64,000 nucleotides of DNA from Candidatus Nomurabacteria bacterium (GTDB taxonomy: Bacteria; Patescibacteriota; Minisyncoccia; Phycocordibacterales; UBA918), in assembly GCA_023898525.1 (NCBI GenBank), contig CP060227.1, forward strand, positions 957,932-1,021,931, read 5' to 3'. The notes beneath the pieces are model-generated. The model saw only the letters and a program-made list of their open reading frames with translations, had not been told where the DNA came from and searched no databases. This document shows positions 55,402 to 64,000 of this stretch, piece by piece (the first letter of the stretch is position 1; each line of letters opens with the position of its first letter). The translations under genes and the position numbers were made by a program.

Positions 55402-56622
55402 TTAAGGCAGAAGTCTTACAAATCGTCTTTTGCCAATTTTTAGTACAGTTGGTTTTGTGACCTGGCCTGGTAATTCGGCAATTTTTTCACCGGTTTCCAT
55501 GTCTCTAATACTACCGGCCTGCAGGAGACGTCTTAATTCACTCTTGGATTCTACAATCTTCTCACTTAAGAGGTTATCTACATACGGAGCTGAAAACTCC
55601 GGTATGTCTTCAGGAACCTGACCTTTTTGGAAGGTTTCGACAAAATGATTTTCTGCCTGTTTGGCCCCGTTTGCTCCGTGGTACATACTGGTTATTTCAT
55701 GAGCTAACCTCATCTTTGTATCACGCGGATTGGTTTCTTTGGCAAAAATTCCAGAAATTTCACTTAAGGGCACGTTGGTGCAGTCAATAAAGAGCTGATG
55801 CATGTTTTCGTCTGGCTGGGCCATGATGGCTCCATACATGGTTTCGGCGTCAAAGTCGAGAAAAACACCGGTACCTTGTGATTTTGACATCATTTTTTCA
55901 CCAGTTTTTGGGTTTTCTAAGAGAGTGGTTATAAAAACAAATTTGTCCTTATCTTTGAGCTTTTTTAGCAGAGTGCGACCAGCCAGAGCGTTGAATTTTT
56001 GATCAGAGCCACAGACTTCCATATCAACTTCCATAGCGACTGAGTCGTAGCCTTGCATTAGTGGGTAGAAAAGTTCGTGCAAATAAAGTGGCTTATTTTC
56101 AGCTAAGCGTTTTTCAAACATGTCGCGTTCAATCATCTGCTGGACAGTGAAGTGTGAAGCTAGACCTATAATATCTTCAAAATTAAGGGCGGCCAACCAA
56201 TCGTGGTTGTACAAAATAGTGACCGGATTTTCTTTGTTATCGATATCTATAATTGGTCTGATCTGATTCAGCCAGGACTTGGTGTTCTCTACTACTTCTT
56301 CTCGGGTAAGTTGCTTGCGCGCGCTGTCACTTTTGTCGGTGGGGTCACCGATTCGAGAGGTAAAATCACCAATTAAAAAGATGATTTCGTGGCCGAGCTG
56401 ACGAAATTTTTCAAGTATAAGGTAATTGGTTGCATGACCGATGTGTAGGGAGGTGCCGGTCGCGTCGGTACCAATGTACATTTTTAAGCGTTGTCCAGAC
56501 AAAAGCTTTCCTCTAAGCTCTTCTTTGCTTGGTAAAATCTCTTTAACTGATCTTTGGAGTAATTCCTCGATCTTGTTTTTGTCAGTATTTACTTCCATGA
56601 TGTTTAATTTAATGAATTTCAA
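55402..56622 (-). CDS. tyrS: Tyrosyl-tRNA synthetase
   Basis: HIGH-type motif GTDATGTSLHIGH, KMSKS (KMMSKSQG) and a C-terminal S4-like domain. Confidence 0.85.
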   Translation of the reverse strand: MKFIKLNIMEVNTDKNKIEELLQRSVKEILPSKEELRGKLLSGQRLKMYIGTDATGTSLHIGHATNYLILEKFRQLGHEIIFLIGDFTSRIGDPTDKSDSARKQLTREEVVENTKSWLNQIRPIIDIDNKENPVTILYNHDWLAALNFEDIIGLASHFTVQQMIERDMFEKRLAENKPLYLHELFYPLMQGYDSVAMEVDMEVCGSDQKFNALAGRTLLKKLKDKDKFVFITTLLENPKTGEKMMSKSQGTGVFLDFDAETMYGAIMAQPDENMHQLFIDCTNVPLSEISGIFAKETNPRDTKMRLAHEITSMYHGANGAKQAENHFVETFQKGQVPEDIPEFSAPYVDNLLSEKIVESKSELRRLLQAGSIRDMETGEKIAELPGQVTKPTVLKIGKRRFVRLLP

Positions 56623-56684
56623 TATAGCATATAACGGTGAGTGTTTGAAATGCGGCTTGGTGTAGTTTTGATATACTAATTGTC

Positions 56685-57203
56685 ATGAAATTCCCAAAAG
56701 ACATTTTGATAATTGATTTTGAAGGCTTAAAGAAGCCTGTCCAAATCGGTGCGGTTTTATTAGATAAAGAAACGTTAGAAGAGAAAGATCATTTTCTTTC
56801 TTATATTTATGCTGATTTAGATGGCTATGTAAGTTCTGTTTCTGGTATTTCGCAAGACATGATTGATGGCGCACCGAAACAAGCTGACGTAGGAAAGGTG
56901 TTTTATGAAAAATTTGGTACAGATGTGTTTTTATCAGCTTTTGTGCAAGATCTTGATATAAGCCATCTTAAGAAGTTGTTAGCTGAGGCCGGCTTTGAAT
57001 TTAAAGAGTATGATTTTCGTATTTTAGACATATGGCCAATTGCCTATACTTATTTACTAAAACAAGAATATCAGGGTGACTATCGCTCTGATCCTATATT
57101 TAGAGAATTTGGCATAAAACCACGCGGGCTACATAATGCGCTAGAGGATTGTCGTATTGCGGCTGAAGTTTTACGTATAATTCTAGAAAAGAAAAATAAT
57201 TAG
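56685..57203 (+). CDS. DnaQ-like 3'-5' exonuclease (DEDDh)
   Basis: Exo I ILIIDFEG and Exo III HNALEDCRIAAEV. Confidence 0.7.
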   Translation: MKFPKDILIIDFEGLKKPVQIGAVLLDKETLEEKDHFLSYIYADLDGYVSSVSGISQDMIDGAPKQADVGKVFYEKFGTDVFLSAFVQDLDISHLKKLLAEAGFEFKEYDFRILDIWPIAYTYLLKQEYQGDYRSDPIFREFGIKPRGLHNALEDCRIAAEVLRIILEKKNN

Positions 57204-57242
57204 TGTGAGAAATCTTGAATAACTATTACAGGAAAACAAGTT

Positions 57243-57608
57243 ATGAAAATATACGTATCCCACTCAAATCAATTAGATTATGAAAATGATTTATATATTC
57301 CTATACGTCAGTCTAGATTAAATAGTGAACATAAATTTGTTTTACCACACGAAGGCGGACAGAATATTAATTCTAAAGAGGAAATAAAGTCTAGTGATTT
57401 ATTTATTGCTGAAGTATCTTTTCCTTCAACTGGTAGTGGGATAGAGATTGGTTGGGCTGAGTCCTTTGGAATTCCGCTTTTGTTTATATATAAAAAGGGT
57501 AATAAAGTGCCTGGCTCATTAAAGTTTTTGTCTGGAGAGTTTTTAGAATATGAAAATTCTGATGATTTTATCGAAAAAATAACCAATTATCTAGAAAATA
57601 TTAGCTAG
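57243..57608 (+). CDS. Nucleoside 2-deoxyribosyltransferase-like protein paralogue 3
   Basis: Motif STGSGIEIGWAESFGIPLLFIY. Confidence 0.5.
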   Translation: MKIYVSHSNQLDYENDLYIPIRQSRLNSEHKFVLPHEGGQNINSKEEIKSSDLFIAEVSFPSTGSGIEIGWAESFGIPLLFIYKKGNKVPGSLKFLSGEFLEYENSDDFIEKITNYLENIS

Positions 57609-57624
57609 AAATTGCATTTAAAAA

Positions 57625-58143
57625 ATGAAAAAAGGGATAAAGTTACCAAAAAAGTTTTTTGAGCGGGAGGCGGATGTGGTGGCGCAAGAGCTTTTGGGGA
57701 CGATACTTTGCGTACGGGTAGGGAATGAGGTGGTGCGACTGCCGATTACTGAGACCGAAGCCTATATGGGACCACATGATCTAGCTAGTCATTCGTCTAA
57801 AGGACGGACTAAGCGGACTGAGGTTATGTATGGTCCGGCTGGGGTGATCTATGTGTATTTGATTTATGGTATGTATCATATGTTGAATTTTGTGACCGGT
57901 GCTGATGGAGCGGCGGTGTTGATACGTGGAGCTGGTAAGTATGATGGCCCCGGGAAGCTTACCAAGGTACTTGCTATTACTAAAGAGAAAAGTGGATTAT
58001 CATTAGGGGAAGAGAGTGGGTTGTGGGTGGAGGCGCGGCCTACGGCCGCGCCTCCTTCTCACCAAGTCACACCTCGTATTGGTGTCTCCTATGCCAAAGT
58101 ATGGGCAGATAAGCACCTAAGATTCGTGATTGACAGTGAATGA
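57625..58143 (+). CDS. DNA-3-methyladenine glycosylase (Mpg/AAG family)
   Basis: Motifs ITETEAYMG and VMYGPAGVIYVYLIYGMYHMLN. Confidence 0.8.
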   Translation: MKKGIKLPKKFFEREADVVAQELLGTILCVRVGNEVVRLPITETEAYMGPHDLASHSSKGRTKRTEVMYGPAGVIYVYLIYGMYHMLNFVTGADGAAVLIRGAGKYDGPGKLTKVLAITKEKSGLSLGEESGLWVEARPTAAPPSHQVTPRIGVSYAKVWADKHLRFVIDSE

Positions 58144-58152
58144 AATTGAAGA

Positions 58153-59049
58153 ATGTTTTGGTTATTTTTGATATCATTATTGAATATAAATTGTCAGCAT
58201 AAAATTACATTTATGAATTATATTGTAAACAGAGTCTCTCTTAGTGTTATCTTATTAGGACTATTAGTTCTTAGTTATCCAGCTTATGCTCATGAGCGTG
58301 GTGTACTGGAAGTGGAGGTTGGCAGTGGTGTGGATGGAGCTGTATCTGCTCATGATACTGACTTCACTGATGATAGTGATAGTGGTACGGTGGCTGAGAT
58401 AGATACTAAAACTACTATTGAAGCTAATATGTCTGGTTCAAGAGACAATGCTGAGGTTGGTGGAACCGAGGATATAAATATCGGTGTTGGAGAACAAAAA
58501 TCAGCTGACAAGAGCAAAGAGGACAAGGAAGAAGGTGAAGAGGGTGAAGATGGGGAAGGGATGGGGCATGCTTCAATGGTGTCTGTCTCAGCTAAAGAAA
58601 TACGAGGTTGGGATCCAGAAGAGAAAAGAGAGTTTCTGACTACTGTAAAGACTCATGCTGAAGTGAAGTCCAATCAGGATCTAGAGAATTTTGCAAAGGG
58701 CGTTATGGTAGAAGATGAGGAGGTGGAAGATATTGAAGTTACAGAAAAAAGTGTGAGTGTTAAGTATAATGTACCAGCTAAATTCCTTGGTCTTTTCAAG
58801 TCCGAAATTGAACAAGAGACCACTGTTACTTTTGGCGATGGTGAGCATGGGAAAGTCAAAGTTCGTTATCCTTGGCACCGTATTTTCTTCAAGGTAGACA
58901 AACAAGTGCAAGAAGAAGCTTTGACAGAGATTTTATTGCCAGAAATTGATGACGAAGTGTTGGTAACGGCGGAAGGGGAGGCTGTCACACCGGCCGCTAA
59001 AGCAAGTATTGTGGCGCGCGTGGTGGCAGCTTTGAAGTTGAATTCCTAG
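58153..59049 (+). CDS. Acidic secreted/anchored protein (hypothetical)
   Basis: Signal/TM segment and a highly acidic low-complexity middle region. Confidence 0.4.
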   Translation: MFWLFLISLLNINCQHKITFMNYIVNRVSLSVILLGLLVLSYPAYAHERGVLEVEVGSGVDGAVSAHDTDFTDDSDSGTVAEIDTKTTIEANMSGSRDNAEVGGTEDINIGVGEQKSADKSKEDKEEGEEGEDGEGMGHASMVSVSAKEIRGWDPEEKREFLTTVKTHAEVKSNQDLENFAKGVMVEDEEVEDIEVTEKSVSVKYNVPAKFLGLFKSEIEQETTVTFGDGEHGKVKVRYPWHRIFFKVDKQVQEEALTEILLPEIDDEVLVTAEGEAVTPAAKASIVARVVAALKLNS

Positions 59050-59091
59050 ATTAAACTAGACTAAATAAAATATAAGTAAAAACATCCCTGA

Positions 59092-59421
59092 TTGGGGTGT
59101 TTTTTGTTCTTTAAGAAATCTTGCAAAGCTCTATATGTTAAAATAAATTTAAAGATTTTTTGTATGACAAAGGAAACCAGCTTTAAGTTACCCTATGCTC
59201 TGTCATTAGCTTTACAGCTAGGCTTTCTGATTGTTTCTTCAGTGGTGGGTTTTTTGGGGGTTGGGTTGTGGCTTGACAGTGTTACCGGTAAGGGTCCGAT
59301 TTTTCTTTTACTTGGGATCATTGTTGGTGTTGTTACTGGTGTTTATGAGTCATATATAATGGTAAAGCCATTAACAAAATCAACTGAAACTAAAAGTGGA
59401 AATGAGCTGGAAAATACATGA
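59092..59421 (+). CDS. ATP synthase protein I-like small membrane protein
   Basis: Two TM helices. Lies directly upstream of atpB with a 4-nt overlap. Confidence 0.4.
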   Translation: MGCFLFFKKSCKALYVKINLKIFCMTKETSFKLPYALSLALQLGFLIVSSVVGFLGVGLWLDSVTGKGPIFLLLGIIVGVVTGVYESYIMVKPLTKSTETKSGNELENT

Positions 59422-60161
59422 TAGATATTAACTTACAAGCCGAATATGTACTTGAGATTTTTGGGCTATCAGTTACCAATACCTTTTTGACTACTGTCAT
59501 AGCCAGTTTACTACTTATCTTTGCCGCCTTGTTGTTCAAGGTACTTTATAAATCTGATGTAAATAAAAACGTCTTTGTTAAAGGGTGGCATATTGTGATC
59601 TATGAGTTATTAAAGTTGGCTGACGCTATAACTGGAGATAGAAAACTCTCACGTCGTTTGCTGCCGCTCATGGCTACTTTGTTTTTGTTTATTTTTACCA
59701 CTAATTTAATTGCTTTACTGCCAGGATTTTTAGGTTCTTTGTATGTTGTGGTGGGTGAAGATTATTTGTCTTTATTTCGTTCGCCCAACAGTGATTTGAC
59801 TACTACCACGGCCTTGGCTTTGATAGCGGTATTTTCTATTCAGTATTTTTCCATAAAGACTTTAGGGTTTGTTAGTTATGTAAAAAGATTTTTAAATTTT
59901 ACCGGTATCTTGCCATTCATTCTAGGTTTGTTTGAAGCGTTGTCTGAGCTGTTGCGGGCCTTGTCTTTTTCTTTTCGTTTGTTTGGAAATGTGTTTGCGG
60001 GAGAGGTGTTGTTGATCGTCATCGCCTTTTTAGTCCCTTATATATTACCGGTACCGTTTATGGTGTTGGAGGTGTTTGTTAGTGTTATTCAGGCCTTTAT
60101 CTTCTGTATACTAACTCTTACCTTCATCAGGCTTAGTGTGCAGAGTGATTTGAGAGGATAA
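59418..60161 (+). CDS. atpB: F0F1 ATP synthase subunit a
   Basis: Conserved Arg in ...LSFRLFGNVFAGE... Five TM helices. Confidence 0.85.
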   Translation: MIDINLQAEYVLEIFGLSVTNTFLTTVIASLLLIFAALLFKVLYKSDVNKNVFVKGWHIVIYELLKLADAITGDRKLSRRLLPLMATLFLFIFTTNLIALLPGFLGSLYVVVGEDYLSLFRSPNSDLTTTTALALIAVFSIQYFSIKTLGFVSYVKRFLNFTGILPFILGLFEALSELLRALSFSFRLFGNVFAGEVLLIVIAFLVPYILPVPFMVLEVFVSVIQAFIFCILTLTFIRLSVQSDLRG

Positions 60162-60219
60162 CTTTTTCAAAATGGCTAGCTTGGTTTGTTATACTGATTA
60201 TTGTAGTAGGGGAAATTAA

Positions 60220-60441
<222 letters not shown>

Positions 60442-60475
60442 GCGCTTGTTGCGCTAAAAGAATTTTGCTTCTTTT

Positions 60476-60850
60476 TTGTATATGCAGCTTTTAGGTATTT
60501 TAGGGATAGATATATGGTTGTTAATTGCGCAAATTGTTAATTTTGCGCTTTTGTTGTGGGTTTTGACAAGGCTTGTATATAAGCCTCTGATAAGGCGGAT
60601 TGAACAGGACGAAGATGTTATTGCTAGGGTAAAAGAGGCTGAGATAGCGCTAGTAGAGAAAGAAAAGAAACTAGAAGGTAAGCAAAAACGCTATGAAACT
60701 AGAGTAAAAAACAAGGCTAAATCAATAATCGCTGAAGCTGAAGAGATTGCTGTCGAGGTAAAAGAGAGAGCAAAAGAAGAAACTGAGCGAGAGAAGGCGG
60801 CGGTTTTAGCTCAAATCCGCCAGCGTTTAAGTGAAATAGATAAAATATGA
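60476..60850 (+). CDS. atpF: F0F1 ATP synthase subunit b (short, 124 aa)
   Basis: N-terminal TM helix and a charged coiled-coil. Overlaps the atpA start. Confidence 0.6.
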   Translation: MYMQLLGILGIDIWLLIAQIVNFALLLWVLTRLVYKPLIRRIEQDEDVIARVKEAEIALVEKEKKLEGKQKRYETRVKNKAKSIIAEAEEIAVEVKERAKEETEREKAAVLAQIRQRLSEIDKI

Positions 60851-62303
60851 CTAAAGTAGCTGACTCAGGAAAAATTGTAACTTTTTACGCTGGTGTAGCG
60901 ACTGTTGAGGGTTTGGTTGGAGTTTCCATACATGAAGTACTAAACGATAAAAACGGTGAGCCGGCGGCAGTAGTAATCGGATTTACTTCCAAACACGTGG
61001 AAGCACTGTTTATTGATGAAAAATTTAATATCGCAGAACCGGTTTATGCCAGTGGTCACCCATTTTCAATTTCAGTTTCAGACGCTTGGTTGGGACGAGT
61101 GGTTGACGGACTAGGGCGACCAATTGATGAATTTGCGCCAATCCCTGAGGGGAAGGAAATGTCGGTATTTTTACAGGCTCCGCCAATAATTCACCGCAAG
61201 CCTATTACCAGACCGTTAATAACCGGAATTAAGATCATCGATGCCACTTTGCCACTTGGTCGCGGACAGCGTGAGCTTATAATTGGAGACAGGAAGTTAG
61301 GGAAAAGTACTATTGCCACTGATATAGTTTTAAATCAAAAAAACGCTGAAGAGCCAGTGTACTGTATTTATGTTTTATGTGGTCAACGTACCACTAAGTT
61401 GGTGGAACTTAAAAATCAGCTTGAAAAAAATAACGCTACTGTCTATACGACTGTTGTGGCCGCTTTGGCCAGTGATTCGTACTTAGCTCAATACTTGGCT
61501 CCGTTTGTCGGCTGTACTCTGGCTGAGCATTTTCGCAACACTGGTCGCGACGCTCTGATTGTTTATGATGATTTGTCCAAACACGCCAAGGTTTATCGAG
61601 ACATTTCGCTTGTTCTAAAGCGTGTACCTGGTCGCGAAACTTACCCTGGTGACGTTTTTGCTCTCCATGCCACTTTGCTTGAGCGAGCGGCACAATTGTC
61701 TGATGATCAAAGCGGCGGATCTCTAACAGCCTTGCCTATCGTGGAAACGTTGGAAGGTGATATTACAGCTTTTATACCAACCAACATTATTTCCATTACT
61801 GATGGTCAAATTTATCTGGAGCATGGTTTGTTTAGAAAAAAGTTTTTACCGGCGGTAAATGTCGGGTTGTCAGTATCTAGGGTTGGGGCGGTAGTTCAGC
61901 CACCGGTTCTTAAATCAGTTTTAGGAGGGATTCGTTTGGCCTTAGCGCAACACAAGGAATTACAAAAACTCTCACAGCTAGAAACGGTAGTTAGCGAAGA
62001 AGCTAGAGTTAACATTCACCGTGGTGATCTGTTACTTAAAATTTTGACTCAACCAAAGCACACCTTAGTCACCTACCCTGAACAAACTGTTTTATTTTAT
62101 GCAGTAGAGAATGGTCATTTTGATGATTTAGTGGAGGAGGAGTGGGCTGACTTCATGCATCTGTTTTTAGATTTGCTTAGAAGTCGTTATCAAAAAGTTT
62201 TGGGAAGTATCGCGTCCGGTGTTTTTGATGATGAATTGAAGGAAACAATTAAAGCCATTGTCGCTGATTTTAAGGAAGAATTTGTGGTGCAAAAAAAATC
62301 TGT

Positions 62304-62307
<4 letters not shown>
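60847..62307 (+). CDS. atpA: F0F1 ATP synthase subunit alpha
   Basis: GRGQRELIIGDRKLGKST Walker A. 486 aa. Confidence 0.9.

Positions 62308-64000
<1,693 letters not shown>

Overview
This 64-kb window looks like a small-genome, Patescibacteria/CPR-like bacterium. That placement is inference from gene content: a truncated IF-2, a short dnaX, an F-type ATP synthase operon with no delta gene, several NDT-like salvage proteins, LRR and Pro/Thr-rich surface proteins, and cell-wall hydrolases with pilin-like membrane anchors. Most of the window is ordinary housekeeping. It carries rbfA-infB, a cysteine desulfurase, clpB, miaA, parB, a RelA/SpoT homologue, topA, dprA, serS, a dihydrouridine synthase, a D-Ala-D-Ala carboxypeptidase, dnaX, tyrS, Mpg glycosylase and atpI-like/B/E/F/A/G/D. 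Nine tRNA genes are present, all without encoded CCA. There are two different IS30-family insertion sequences and a 133-bp MITE family with three copies.

The most unusual signal is a family of small structured elements that all begin GGTCAC(T/A)CTC and contain a hairpin whose stem varies by compensatory base changes while the loop is conserved. Every copy lies next to a tRNA gene (Leu-TAG, Leu-TAA, Cys, Tyr, Trp) and is wedged inside a duplicated, partly inverted copy of that tRNA's T-arm and 3' end. At tRNA-Cys this includes a perfect 31-bp inverted repeat. This looks like a previously undescribed tRNA-T-loop-associated structured RNA or miniature mobile element.

The window also contains a second conserved hairpin (CCC loop) in degenerate tRNA-Gln copies, and an intact tRNA-Gln flanked by perfect 20-bp inverted repeats next to a Fic/RhuM accessory island. 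Three cassette-like genes are each followed by the same ~100-nt repeat. An AT-rich three-gene operon of unknown function is translationally coupled. Three nucleoside 2-deoxyribosyltransferase-like paralogues cluster together. Between topA and dprA there is a cassette-like tandem structure whose right repeat duplicates the dprA 3' end.
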